Shown here piece after piece: positions 1 through 13,385 of a stretch of DNA of 64,000 bases. Positions within the stretch are counted from its first letter, which is position 1, and each line of letters starts with the position of its first letter. The notes beneath the pieces were generated by a model. The model saw nothing but the letters and a program-made list of their open reading frames with translations, did no database searches and was not told where the DNA came from. The position numbers and the translations under genes are program-made. Source of the DNA: Lytechinus pictus. Its lineage: Eukaryota. The stretch covers positions 12,898,001 through 12,962,000 of the forward strand of contig NC_087245.1 of the NCBI RefSeq assembly GCF_037042905.1, given 5' to 3'.

Positions 1-128
1 AATGCAAAATATTTAAAATGCCATAACTTTGTTATTCTTTGTCCGATTTGATCACATTTTTAGTGTTTTGTTTGTCTGATTTTTCTTTATCTGTTTAAAT
101 AAGATTATTTTCAGCCCGGAGCATCGGT
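1..128. mobile_element. Right end of a Kolobok-like non-autonomous element (TTAA-flanked), truncated by the window edge
   Basis: Resembles the right end of the 22759-23366 element (ataacttt...ttttcagcccgga) and is followed by TTAA at 129-132. Confidence 0.55.
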
Positions 129-325
129 TTAATATCTCACTCTAATTTCTTCCAACATAAAAAATGAGAATAGTTGAAATAGTCTACGCATTCTTTATCT
201 GTTCTTCCCTACCCCCCCCCCCCCACTAATTTCTACACCTCTGCTTGTCTATTAAACTGTCTCTATATCTTTGTCAAATTTTTGCTCTCCAATTTTTTCA
301 TCAATCTTACTATCTCACTATACAG

Positions 326-595
326 TGGATCGAAGCCCGTTTACGGATTTAGAATGTCATGAGCTAGCCAGTTTACTCCATCCGGATGATTTCCGCCGCC
401 TTGGTCTGATATTGGGATGTCATGAAGCGGCGATCAGTAGATACGGAATGCAAAACAGAGATGGAAGATATGAGGGTACTTATAAGATGCTCACTGATTG
501 GAAGAAGGGAGTCTTAGACCATGATCAGAGAGAAAATTTATCAAATGGATTGAATAAGGCAGGGGTGATTTCATTAGCTTTCCAGGTCCGGCATG
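326..595 (+). CDS. Internal coding exon encoding a death domain (phase 1-1)
   Basis: Pyrimidine tract plus tacag acceptor at 325 and G|gtaagt donor at 596. The 270-nt frame reads VDRSPFTDLECHELASLLHPDDFRRLGLILG...EGTYKMLTDWKK...RENLSNGLNKAG, matching the death-fold pattern LA..L..D.RRLG..LG / MLxxW / L..L..AG. Confidence 0.85.
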
Positions 596-1374
596 GTAAG
601 TATATAGCATTCATACTATATAATATGCCCCATTGCTCATAATCATAACCAAATATTCCCGTTCCTTAAGTAATACAAATTGGTTTCTATACTTGTAATT
701 CACCCCGGTAGCATACACGTCATCATTTGATACTAAAACATGTAAAAAGGTGTTTTCCTCAATTATACTGTGACCACTTTCAGAATACAAGCACAATGAA
801 CGTAAACCTGAAATCGAAGGTCATTTCTATTAAAAGAACAAAAAATGGATGGTGTTATAATTGAGAATTCATAGCAATACTAAAGTGAAAGGACTTAAGA
901 TAACTTCTGTATAACTCCTTTGTGTGAGACATCACAAGATGATGACTCAAGTAACCACAAATGCCAATGAGATGAAGACAGTACTCTTTCTATCCATGCT
1001 AAAATGACAATTAATTATTGTACAAATGAATTAGGGGCCGTTTAATAAAGCTGTTCGTAAGTTAAGAGTGACTTCAAGAACGGTTGTTGATCCTTTCTTG
1101 TGGTAAATGCAGGCCGTCGCTAAAGGGGGGGGGGGGTGTGGGGGTGCGACACCTAAATCTAAAAAAAAGCAACAACCCCAGCTTGCGCTTCGCGCTCGTA
1201 GCATTGTATTGAAATCCACATCCTCTCTAAAAATTTCCTGAAGAGTGCTTAAAATGGTCCCTTTCGGGTCAGTAAGTCAACATTTTCAGCACGCGCTTCG
1301 TGCTCGTATTCTCTTTATTGGGATACACAGCCTGTCCAGTTACAGATGCAGAATCCGAACTTGTTCTAAATAAT

Positions 1375-2706
1375 AACGAGTGGAGCGCCTCTGGCAGCCT
1401 CACCTGCATTAGGCGATTCGATATAGCAGTAGTGCTGACTTTGAAAACTACTATAAAATAATTATTCACAAAAAACACCATTCATATAATGATACAATAC
1501 TGCGTTCATTGACCCTAAATAATATTGGACTTTGATCATGTGACCTGAGACTTGTCAGTGATACTTGATTACCCCTATGTCCACATTTCATAAACTATAT
1601 CCATAAACTCTGAAAGTTATGAAAGCAATGTAATAATTACCTCCAACGTGGCCAAAGTTCATTGACCTTAAATGACCTTTGACTTTGGTCATGTGACCTG
1701 AAACTCGCACGAAATATTAAGTGATACTTAATTACTCTTATGTCTAAGTTTTATGAACTAGATCCATACACTTTCAGAGTTATGATGGTAATTCAACAAA
1801 TACCCCCAACTTGGCCAAAGTTCATTGACTTTAAATGGCCTTTGACCTAAGTCATGTGACCTGAAACTCGCACGAGATGTTCAGTGATACTTGATTACTC
1901 TTATGTCAAAGTTTTATGAATCAGATCCATAACTTTTCGCATAAACTTTCGAAGTTATGATGGTCATTCAACAAATACCCAAATTTGGTAAAAGTTCATT
2001 GACCCTAAAAAATGACCTTTGACCTTGGTCATGTGACTTGAAACTCAGACATGGTGTTCAGAGATGCTTTAATACCCTAATGGCCAAGTTTTATGAACTA
2101 TGTTCATATACTTTCGAATTTATGCTGTCATTTCAAAAACTTAACATTAGGTTACGACTTTGATGTTGATTTCCCCCAACATGGTCCAAGTTCATTGATC
2201 CTACACTGTTAGAAAATTTATCCTTAAAATAAAAGAAGTTCCTGCAGCAGAGTCTCGAGAACACCTGTAATCTTACCAGATTGCGTAATCTTACAGGAAA
2301 TTGGTATTCGGTGTATGGAATCTTACAAATTTCCATAAATAAAACTCCCTTTTCCCCTGTTTAAACAGACCTGTTCTGTTAAATTCCAGAAAAATTCATG
2401 TTTTATGAATTTACAGAATGATTCTTTTATTGCTTTCTGCAAAAATTTTCTCTTTTTTTCTGTAAAATCACAATTTTTGTAAAAAAGTGTATGATCTTTG
2501 ACCTTGTTCATATGACCTGAAACTCAGATAGGGTGTTAAGTAATACATGATTAACCTTATGTCTAAGTCTCATGAACTAGGTCTATATGCTTTCTGAGTT
2601 ATGCTGTCCTTTTAAAAACTTAACCCTCGATTAAGATTTAATGTTGAAGCCGCCGCCGTCGAAAAAGCGGCGCCTATATAGTCTCACTCTGCTTTGCAGG
2701 TGAGAC
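1375..2706 (-). mobile_element. Helentron-associated (HINE/DINE-1/Tsp-like) non-autonomous element with ~160-bp central tandem repeats
   Basis: Subterminal inverted repeats GTCTCACCTGC, an adjacent hairpin, a (GGC)n microsatellite and repeated GACCTTTGACCTT...GTCATGTGAC units. Same family as 16915-17884. An empty site lies at about 3025-3035. Confidence 0.8.
2204..2489. mobile_element. TA-flanked MITE (CACTG...AAGTG termini) nested in the HINE
   Basis: It interrupts a tandem unit at ttcattgatccTA|...|TAtgatctttgacc. A reverse-complement copy lies at 36041-36900. Confidence 0.75.
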
Positions 2707-5219
2707 CAAAACGTGTTAAAAAGTAAAAAAAAAAAATCAGCTCGCGTGATACCCTTCCTTTTCTTAATTACAAAAACTGCATGGAATACCCATTTTTAAG
2801 TCTAAATCTAAAAAAAAAAAAAAAAAAAAAAAACATCCCCAGCTCGCAGCATTTTATTGAAATCCACATCCTCTCTACATTTTTTCTTCATGTTGGACAG
2901 TGCTTATAATGGTCCCTTTCGGGTCAGTAAATCAACATTTTCAGCTCGCGCTTCGTGCTCGTATTCTGTTTATTGGGGTATACAGTCTGTCTAATTACAG
3001 ATGCAGAATCCGAGTTTGTTTTGAATAATAAAAACGTGTAAAAAAATCAAAATATCGGAAATTTTCAGCTCGCGCTTCGCGCTCGCATCATTCATTTTAT
3101 TACAAAACTGCATGGAATATCCGACTTTGAGAAGTTTTTATTAAAAAAAGATAATAATTATAACCCCAGCTCGCTCTTCGAGTTTGCATTACTTGTTTGA
3201 CTAGATACCCACCGTGTTCATGATGTGTTTACAATGTTCAATTTTCAGGTAGCAAGAGTTATTTAGTTCAATGCCCACCCTCTCCATGGATACTCTCAGC
3301 TCGCTTGTTAACTGTGTTTTTTTTTATTAAAAACGTGCTTAACCGTCCTTATGCATGAATCACAGCAAATAGTTATTAACAGGTGCTTGTTTTCATATCG
3401 GTTAATTCAAACTTTCAGCCCGCACTAGCATGTATTGCTAAGTTATTTACGCATAATATTCATACTCACAAAAAATGTTTTGAATGTCCAAATTTCAGAT
3501 CTTAAAAGAAAAAACATTCAGCTCGCACTTCGCGCTCGCATCAATTGCTTGGTTCTGTGACCACCCTCTTCATGATAACATTGCTTCGAATAATCTGTTT
3601 TAGTTCTAAATCTGCAAAAATTCAACTCGCGCTTCGCGCTTATTTGCTGTGTTCTTTATTAAAACTTGCTTAACCAGTCGAGTTTTCAGGTCGAATATCT
3701 TTAGTTTTTCGCTAGCTCTAATGATTGGTGAGAAATGTACCCTATTCATGAGTCACTGCAAAAAGTCCGTAATATGTCCATTTTCAGATCAATTAATCAA
3801 GTTTCAGTTGATTTGAATGAGTTTCACACAAAAAGTTGTTAGAATGTTGAGTTTTCTGGTCGGAAATTTCAGCTCAAGTTTTTCGCTAGCTCTAATGATT
3901 GGTGAGAAATGTATCCTATTCATGAGTCACTGCAAAAAATCCGTAATATGTCAATTTTCAGATCAATTAATCAAGTTTCAGTTGATTTGAATGGGTTTCA
4001 TACAAAAAGTTGTTAGAATGTTGATTTTTCTGGTCGGAAACTTCAGCTCGCGCAAATAAGATATCCATCTTCTTCATGGTAACAATCGATTGTTCAGGAA
4101 GAATAATTAAAAAATTCATCTCGCGCTTCGCGCTTGCATTTTTGAATTGGCAAGATATGTGTTCTATTTATGGATCACTCCTTTCGCAGGCCAGTATATA
4201 AAAAATTTCTGCTTTATGAAACACCCAATAAAGTAATTAAGTTATACACATTATGTGTCTCCCAAGCCTCCTCTATATTGTAAAACTATTTACAGGGGGG
4301 GTGGGACGTGTACAGTAAATTCGCTAATGATCAAACTATTTTCATGATCGTGATTCCTCATTAATCTCTTTTTTTTCTGTCAAATCTATACAAGAAATAG
4401 TATGGAAGGAAAAACATGGCTCGATGAACATCAGTCAAGGGTATGATTCATGATTTCCAAAATAATTTTTTATTTCAAGCAATAAAATCTGATTTAAATT
4501 GATCATGTAAGGTAATCATAGTTTTATAACTCTTTCTTTCCCCATCTTTTCACTCATATCTTTTTTTTTGAAAGGCCGAAAATTGGAACACGTTACAACT
4601 CCGCCTTATTTTGCCGCACAATCTAGCGTACCAGCGAGCTCCAGTCAAGCTATGTAAGCATTCCCATACTATAATAATTTTGATACTCAGTTTATGCCTA
4701 AATACTCATCTGTTGAAAATTGATTTCGACAGATTTATTTAAATGTAACCAATATCCTGCCGATATCTCATAAATGGTCTGTATGGCAATCTCGGCAAGC
4801 TCCCCTTTTAAAGATTTTCTTTTTTCCCAATATTGCTCAAAACTATAGTGAAGAAAAATCAAATTGCATTACATTTGAATTCTAAATAAAAACATTGTAA
4901 AGTATAACACGGGGGCGCAAACTGATCGTGGAAACAGATCTTTTTATGATTGATCAAGCAAAGCTCTCGGCTCGGTTTCTGGACAGATAACCTGTAAAAT
5001 CAAAATCCATCTAGTCATAATGATAATTTGCTGCATAGATGACGTGGATTAATAAAGTGGCCTTATTTCAGAGACATTGAAATAGATATCGTCTATTTCC
5101 AAGCTTGCCACTTATACCAACACACGTACATGTACTGTCAGCATTTTACTCATTATCAAATTCACCTTATCATCTTTCATGCAGTGACCCTCCAAGATCG
5201 CTACAGTCAACTCGTCCAG

Positions 5220-5542
5220 TACTTCATCATGGTCCCTGTCTAAATACGACATCTCTCCCACAGAACACCTTGCCGTGCCCAGGAAGTGATATTGATGACA
5301 TTGGATTATATTACTTTTCTCGACAGCTCAGCAACGATTCATATAATAGACTAGGCCTGGCACTTAAGTATAACCTCGACCAATTGGACGCCTTCAAGTA
5401 CCAGGCTTCTAGCAATATTCCTGAGGCAGGGCTTAGCATGCTGCGGGACCTTAAATCACAGGTGGGTCACATCCGAAGGGAAGATTTCAGAAATCTCCTC
5501 AAAGAATCAGCAGCACTTCCATCTTTAGTACAGTTCTGTTGA
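5220..5542 (+). CDS. Terminal coding exon encoding a second death domain; exact acceptor uncertain
   Basis: The frame DIDDIGLYYFSRQLSNDSYNRLGLALKYNLDQLDAFKYQASSNIPEAGLSMLRDLK...FRNLLKESA ends in TGA at 5540-5542. Acceptors before 5220 or 5283 are phase-compatible with exon 326-595. Those before 5185 and 5264 would need another exon. Confidence 0.75.
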
Positions 5543-5849
5543 AAATTATTAACATATTTGTGTTGAAAGATGTAGAAACAGATTACCAAAGCCCCCAAAA
5601 TCCACACGTTGTGCACATTAGGATGCCTATATACATTGAATAGTGTTTACTCTCTGAGGTGTAATATATATCACTGGTTTGTAGGAGTGAATTAAATTGG
5701 TTTTCACTCGTAAGTGAGCGGCAAAGCACTAGCGACCCACTCTTATATGGTAACTGCTGCCAGGAAAGGACGACGATAACCCTTCATCAACCGTCTCACA
5801 CATAAAGCAACCACACCTAACCTCTGAAAAGGCCAGGTAGCTTTCAGAT

Positions 5850-6150
5850 ATCCTGACCAACCTGTCTACGCCTCGAACTAAATCAACTGGCCTTAACTAA
5901 ATGTTGGTCTTCTTCCCGAAAACCGTTAACCACCGGATACTCTTTAGTTGTAGAAGATCATCTGACCTAACTCCTTTACTTGATTATTCGCCTCTTTTCG
6001 TGGAGCTGAATGGGAAGTGCAACAGACGGACCATTATGATTCAAACGAAAGTACTTCCCCAGGGTAGTGTTCTTGTCCCAGTTTTGTTCAGATATGATGA
6101 GTACTGACAAACCCGTTTCACCAAACAATCATTATCGATGCTGATGACCC
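5850..6150 (+). pseudogene. Degenerate non-LTR retrotransposon reverse-transcriptase fragment
   Basis: LPQGSVLVPVLF (RT PQG motif) followed, after a disruption, by gatgctgatgac (xADD-like). Confidence 0.7.
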
Positions 6151-7252
6151 CGGTAATGAAGTTCAGAACAATGATTCCTTATAGAGCTTCTAGAATAAAG
6201 TGGATCCACAAGAAATGATTCTAAGATAATCATATTGGAATCTCCCTATTTCATTTCCAGTTATTTGGAGAACCCTGTAAGGATACAATCATGTTCATGT
6301 GTGTTTGTGTGTGAAGATATCTTCTACCTTTTAACTTGTTTCCTACCTCAAACACTTCATTTGCCCCCCCCCCCTTCCCCACACAAATCGTGATGATATC
6401 TGCTTTACTCGAAGCAGTGATTCACATGAAATGGCTTGATTTTTATTTTGTTAATCATTGTCATACATGAAATATAAAATGTAAACCCACTTTAAATGAT
6501 AAAAACTTAGTTTGAAAAATACTCGAGATGTCTGAAATAAACTTTTGTTTACATTCAGTTATGTGTCCTCAGATGCAGCTGGAACAAAAAAGGTAAAGTT
6601 TATGCTTACCTATGGTTAAAATGTTATTTTGTGTGGCAAAGTTGTTACACAGTGTTAAAATATATCTGTTTTATTTCAGTTGCCTGAAAATGCAAAAGAA
6701 AAATATGAAAAATGTATCACACAGATAGTTTTTATTGCCACTGTACATGTATAGCTCAATTCTAGCAAATCTACGTTCACACACTTTAAGAATTACCTTG
6801 TTTAACCTCTTCCTTTCCTGATTATATAACAGGATACATTTACGAGGCTTTCTTGATCATACAGTCGATTCTAAAATAAAACTCGTGCAAAGGGTTTATC
6901 TTATTATATCTTTTGAAACCTATTTTTTTTTTTTTTTTTTAAAGAGAGGAAACCGATCGCTTGAATTTATGAGGCTTCTAATAACAGTCATAAAAAAATG
7001 TATTGGCTATTATATTCCGAGTAAAGTAGGCAAATATATTTTTTTTGTGATTTGGATATGAGTATTGGATTGGGATAAAATATCGTTGGGCAAGAGTGTT
7101 TGTGATTGGGTATTATGAATAAAGTAATTTTATAGAGTCAGTTATTTATATTTTTTTAAACTGCAAAATATTACGTTTGATAAGTTAATACTTTTATATG
7201 TATTTTGAGTGATGTAATAACCGTCCTATAAAGGATCGAATATCCTGTTTTC

Positions 7253-7434
7253 GTATCTCCTGCATAGCAGAGCGAGAATATAGGCGCCGCTTTTCAGACG
7301 GTGGCGGCGGCGGCGGCGACGGTGGCGTGGTCAACATTGAAATCTTAACCGAGGTTAAGTTTTTGAAATGTCATCAAAACTAAGAGTATATGGATCTAGT
7401 TAATAAAACTTAGACATAAGGTAATAATATATCA
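7253..7434 (+). mobile_element. 5' fragment of the same HINE family, truncated by the next insertion
   Basis: gtatctcctgcatagcagagcgagaatataggcgccgc plus (GGC)n matches 16915-17100. Confidence 0.75.
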
Positions 7435-7610
7435 CAGTGTTATAGTGTCTTGATGCTTGACCTTGGCCTTAACATGCTTAAGGCGCCTTAAGGCCTACTT
7501 TTTCAAAGCCTTGGCCTTGAACATTCAAGCCTTGGCCTTGAGAGGGCCTTGGCCTTGTGGATTTTGAGCCTTGAAATTTCTGGCATTTTCAAGGCTTTTT
7601 CAAGGCATTT
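7435..7610. mobile_element. hAT-like element end with GCCTTG subterminal repeats
   Basis: CAGTGTT terminus followed by many GCCTTG(G/A) repeats. Confidence 0.45.
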
Positions 7611-9885
7611 TGTATTTTGTACTTTCATTTGTTTTTATATGAGTAAGTAGAAATGTTTACATTGTTTGTGTATTTAATGACACTAATGGTCAATACTACC
7701 AGTCAACAATAGCAGTATAGCAGCAGCAGTAGTATGTGTACTAGCAGTGCCATCTATTGTAATTACCACCATTATCAAGAATTATCATCACATAATTCTG
7801 TTACAAAGAAAACAGCAGTGATGAAAAAAGAAACATTATTTATTTGTTGAAATAATGACTAATGATGATAATGACAATATTAATAGTAATGATAATAATG
7901 ATAGGAATAATGATTATGATAAAGATTATAGTGATTTGATGACACGAATAATTCTGACAGATCTGACTGCAATTTTGACAACAATTTTCAAAGCTAATTC
8001 TGAAGAATGATAACAAAGTTGATTTCTATTCCATTAGGATTTTCCTCGTATTATTTTCTTTGGTCAACAACAATGTTTTAAGTCTTAACAATATTCTGAA
8101 AAGATTTGTTAAACTTGAACACAATCTTCAATTTTGTCATATCCAAATGGGCTATGTAAATGGCATTATGAGCCAAAAGTTTTGAGCGGCCAAGCATGGC
8201 ATATAGAACAAAATTTCTGCCAAAAAAAAATTGAAAGCGATTGAAGCGAGCGAGCGGGCAAAATTTTTCACCCTGTAAGAAAAGCTAATTTTATGATAGA
8301 TTGTGACAATATGTTTAGAAAATAATATCACATTTACTCCTTTTCCTGTACTTTTTTCCTTTTCTAAGTTTATTCTTTGTGGTGGAACTTCCTCTCCCCC
8401 TCTCTCTCTATCTTTTTTTATTTGGGGGGGGGGTCTGATATTTTTTAAACAGGAGAGAAAAAGGAATGGGAAGAGAGGAAGAGAGAGAGAGAGAGGGAGA
8501 GAGGGGAAGGGGGATAAACATGTGAGAGCGTAAGAAAGGTGGGGGTGACACATATGGCCCGTTAGGCCATGGACCATGGTTAGGCAGAATATACTGCAAA
8601 ATTAGCTAATATGTTGATGGGCAGAACATCTTTTCTAAATTTTATATATTTTGTTTTTGGTCTAGTGTCTCAGATTGACAAAAACAAAGTTAAAAAGAAA
8701 ATCTTTGTTTCTTTTTAATCATATGGTTTGACAGTGAATTTCATTTCACTACAGTTTCAATGAAATAAACAACGTATTTGTTTTTGTGTCAATATATAGA
8801 GAAATCTTTTTTAATGTTTCAAGAAATAATTAAGATTTACCCTCTCCCAACTAAGGGTATGGGTTGCTTCCCATTTATTTCATATCCTTTTGAATATAAC
8901 TTTAATTTTATACTATTCTTTATTCCGGTTTTCGAGGTAAAATAAGAGTAGAAGATAAAGGAACAGAGCATTGAAATTTAAAAGTGGTTGTAAGCAGAAA
9001 AAAAAACATGAAAAAGGACAAGAGTCCTAAAAATTATTTAATTTTCAGGTCAGCATCTGAAAATTTCAACTTGCGCTTTTTGCTTTGTGCTCTCTTGCCC
9101 CTGCACCTCCAAAAAATTCCATGTGGGGAAAAAATGTTTCTTGAAAAAAAAAAAAAGGCTCTTTTTTCCAAATGAAATATCCCCTTTTAAAAAAGAAATA
9201 TCTTTTTTATAAAAATTTATAGCAAAACATAATACATTTTAGGTTCGAAAATCACAGAATTTTGGAGCGCACTACGGTACTAATCCTGTTCATGGTTACA
9301 AAAATGTTTAGAATGTCCAGTTTTCAGATTGGAATATCACAAATTTTTGGCTCGTGTCCTGCACTCGCATCAATTGTTAAGTCAGGTACTCATTCCGTTT
9401 CCACAAAATGCTTAGAATGTCCAGTTTTTAGGTTGTAATATCACAAAATTTTTGAGCTTGCGCTTTGCGCTCGCATTATTTTGATTGGTGAGTTATGTAT
9501 CCTATTTATTAGTAACTAAATGCAATCCTTAACAGCTTCCTTTTCTGGTCAGTATATTATATTATAATAATAAAAAAATGATTGAACTTCAACTGTTGTA
9601 AAATGTTGTTGCAATATTTTAATAGATAATCCATTATCATAGTTTTACTTTCATTTATCTTTGTTTTGGCTGTATTTTCAATCAAGGAATTGGAAACAAA
9701 TTGCCTCATTGTTTATTACAGTGTATATTTCATTTAAATGTGTTGTACAGTGTATCGCTTTATTGTTTACTATTATTTGTATGTAAAATGTTGTTTATTT
9801 CTTTTCATGTACAATGTACGTGAGCTAGGCAGATTACGCCTGTGCTTGACAAGATGTCCAAAAACATATTACTGTACCAACATGT

Positions 9886-10332
9886 CGCATACATTCGTAA
9901 TTCCGAAGCTTCGTTATTCCGAAGGTTCGGATATTCCGAAGGTTCGTTATTCCGAAGGTTCGTATTTCCGAAGGTTCGTAATTCCGAAGGTTCGTTAGTC
10001 CGAAAACGAAATGAGGTTCGTAATTCCGAAGGTTCGTTAATCCGAAAACGAAATGAGGTTCGTAATTCCGAAGGTTCGTTAGTCCGAAAACGAAGTGATT
10101 AACGAACCTTATTTCGTTTTCGGATTAACGAACCTTCGGAACATCGAACCTTATTTCGTTTTCGGATTATCGAACCTTCGGAATAACGAACCTTCGGAAT
10201 AACGCCACAAATGTTCGGATTAAGAAACCCTTTTACGTTTTCGGATTAACGAACATCGAGGTATAGGCAATTTACGTGTTTCAGAATTACGAACCTTCGG
10301 AATAAAGAACCTTCGGAATTACGAAGTGTAAC
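9886..10332. mobile_element. Foldback element built of ~16-bp repeats, 9-bp flanking direct repeat
   Basis: Left arm (TTCCGAAGGTTCGTWA)n, right arm its reverse complement. CCAACATGT at 9877-9885 and 10333-10341. Confidence 0.75.
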
Positions 10333-10362
10333 CCAACATGTGAGGGTGCTCGCGGAGGTAAA

Positions 10363-10884
10363 TTGCAATCTCCTCTTCTATAATTAGGTCTACCATCAAT
10401 TTGTTCACTATCCACATGGTCTAATTGCCATTTCGTCAATCAACATTTCGTCTAACAACCATTTGGTCCAATAATCATTTGGTCCAATTATCACTTTGTC
10501 TATGACCATTTCGTCTCATAACCAGTTGGTCTAATGCCCATATTATTTTCATTCATTCTGCCCAATTACCACTTAGTCCCGGGGAGTGTTTCATCAACAT
10601 TTTCATCCGACAAGTTGTCAGATCTGACATCTTTCTCTGATGTTGATTGGCTGAGAGGTACTGTTACTATGGTAACTGTCGGATAAAATGGGACTTGTCG
10701 GATAAAACGTCCGACAAATCCTTTCATGAAACGCCCCCCCGTTTAGACCAAACTGTATATGGACTAAAAGGCAATTGGAACAACTGGTTATTAGACGAAA
10801 TGGCGAGTGGAAGAAATTGCAATTAGACCATGTGGATAGTGAACAAATTGATGGTAGACCAAATGATAGTAGAGGAGATTGTAA
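10363..10884. mobile_element. Palindromic element with TAGACCA-type internal repeats, carrying a nested MITE at about 10581-10739
   Basis: Inverted arms ttgcaatctcctc / gaggagattgtaa. Nested TIRs GGGGAGTGTTTCAT / ATGAAACGCCCC. Confidence 0.6.
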
Positions 10885-11607
10885 TCGGACGAACTTGCAT
10901 TATACCAATTGGAAATAAGACCCTGCGCACACCTAACCTTATAGTCCACTGCCTTGCATTGTTTCACATCATCATTATTATATTTCATTCACCAATATTG
11001 TAATGGCCAGCAATTTTAAGACACATTTCGCTAGTATTACTAGAAGAAAGTTATTGTTCACTTCTGAGTAGATAGATAGATATGTAGATAATATCGATAA
11101 AATGGATAGATAGATAGATAAATGTATAGATAGATAGATATATGGTAAAGAGGATTTGTATCACTGCAGTAGGTTAAGGGGCAATAATTGTCATAAGAAT
11201 TGATTTGTATTTCATGCTGCAGAAACGAATTTATATAGTCGTTAAATCCCCTTAAATTTCTTTTTGATTCTATAAATCATCTTATAATGTATACTTCCTC
11301 CGTTGTTCTCGAGGATGCACAGCAATACAAGTGGTGTTTTGTTATTTGAAACACAATACAATGTAAATTAACTCGCTGATATTATGCGTGTGTCGTTTTA
11401 TTTTGTGAGGTTTGTGATATCCATTGTGAATGTGCATGACATAATTCTGCGTCGTTCTGTCATACTGGCTGATTTATATATATATATATATATATATATA
11501 CATAGGCAACAGCTTTGGCAACTCTTTTATTTTAGATTGGTTGTGAAAGAAAAACATTTTGTTTTGGGGGCACGCGAATTGATTGAATCGGAATTAGGAT
11601 TAAATAC

Positions 11608-13326
11608 CAGGCGTGGGGGGGGGGGGGGGGGTTGGCGAGCCGGCCCCGACCCCCCCTATTTTTTGGCAACCAAAAAAAGGTCCTTTTAACTTGATAGGAA
11701 AGCTGAAAAACAGAAAGAAAAGTACAAAGGAGGTATCATACCCATGTTTTATTTACAGCCTCGTAACGGCCGGCCTGATCCCAGACCTAACTCGCAGTGG
11801 CACCCATAGGCGGCGGAAGCGGGGGGGACGGGGGGGGGGACATTTCCCCCCCTAAATTTGAGGTGGGGGGACGGTCCCCCCTAAAATTTTAGTTGATAAC
11901 CTTTTTTTTGTTTTTTTTTTTGCTTGCTTGCTTGCTTGTCAAAAAATAGTTGATAACCTTTTTTTTTTTTTTTTTTGCTTGTCAAAATTTTTTACTGGTC
12001 CCCCCCTAATTTTTTGGGCTTCCGCCGCCATTGGTGGCACCGCAAAATGTAGGTAAACCACGCTACCGCAACTGCGCGCATCTCCTGCACTCCACCAACG
12101 GCCGATTAGCTCTGCATTAGAGGATTGCCATATGTGCATAAGCATGCTGTAAAACAGTATTTTAAAAAATGCTTAAAATGTCCTGTTTTCAGGCCTTTAT
12201 ATTAACAGATTTCGAGCTCTCATTAATATTAGATTGAAAAAAAAGGTAACAGTTTCATGAATTCCTAATAATGAAATTGTCCCTTTTTCAGAATGGAATA
12301 TCGATATCGACAAGTTTCATCTCACGATTAGGAAGAGGAATAGAAAAAATAGTCATTTTCATATGATGACAAATGTCCTTACAATTTCCCCGGGTGCTTG
12401 GTCTAAATAATAATTAAAAAGAAAATCGGCTCGCGCTTCACGCTCGCATCATTCAAGTAAGATCCATATCCACTTCACAATTTTCCTACGATGCTTGAAA
12501 TAGTGCTTAAAATGACCCTCTTCAGAACGCCTTCATTTTTTTTTAGCTCGCGCTTGCGCTTTATTGATTTTCATGATAAAAGAAATGTATCTAGAATGCA
12601 GATTCTAGATCTCAATCTCAAAAACACGAAGTTTGATCTTTATTCAAAACGTGCTTGAATTATCTAGTTTCATATCAGAATATCAAAATTTTTCTCTCGC
12701 GCTTGCATTATTAATGGAGGAAAATACCCAATTAGCCATCATTTTGTGATTTACAAAACATTAATAATGTGTCCCGTTTTTAGGTCTAAATCTTTTCGCT
12801 CGCGCTTCGCGCTCGCATGAAATGTTTAGTTATATACATATTTTGTATATGATTACCAAAAGTGCTTAGAATATCAAATTTTTAGGTCAAAATGACATAA
12901 ATCTTCAGCTCGCGCTTCGCGCTCGCATTATTTGATTGTTGTAATATATATTGTTTTTATGGGTAACTGCAAACAGTTCTTACGGTCTGGTTTCCATCAG
13001 GCCAGAACGTACATTAAAAATTTCTGCTAGCGATTCGCGCTCGCAGTAATTATTTAGTTACATACACAGCTTGTTCACGATCACAATCATTGCTCATAAT
13101 GTTCAATTTTCAGGATAAAATACATGAAATTTCCGCAAAAAATAGTTACTATTCAATTGGGGCTTATTTGACATCATTTTTTTTTGTGAGAATAAAGCTA
13201 AGAAGTGACTGTTCGGACTACCCCTTCAAAGAAACAAATAAAAATCAAATTTGAGCGGCCGATCGGGGAAAATATGGGTACAAAATTGTTTCGGCCCCCC
13301 TATTGGCGATAGCTGGATCCGCCCTG
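11608..13326. mobile_element. Composite hAT-like insertion of the GCTCGCGCTTCGCGCTCGCA family
   Basis: Ends in CTGGATCCGCCCTG, is absent from the paralogous segment at about 22081-22095, and has AATAC on both sides. Confidence 0.65.
11805..12033. mobile_element. hAT-type MITE with 8-bp TSD
   Basis: TIR CATAGGCGGCGGAAGC / GCTTCCGCCGCCATTG. GTGGCACC at 11797-11804 and 12034-12041. A relative lies at about 45979-46225. Confidence 0.8.
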
Positions 13327-13385
13327 AATACCGGTTCACATAAGACGATAGGCCCTACTATTCGGAAATGTCGTATAGCTGCGTA

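Noticed and set aside
9738..10102. ORFs with repeated RNSEGS peptides
   Set aside because: Translation of the foldback repeat.
9886..10332. CRISPR-like repeat array
   Set aside because: Units are contiguous with no unique spacers, invert at the centre, and there are no cas genes in this eukaryotic context.
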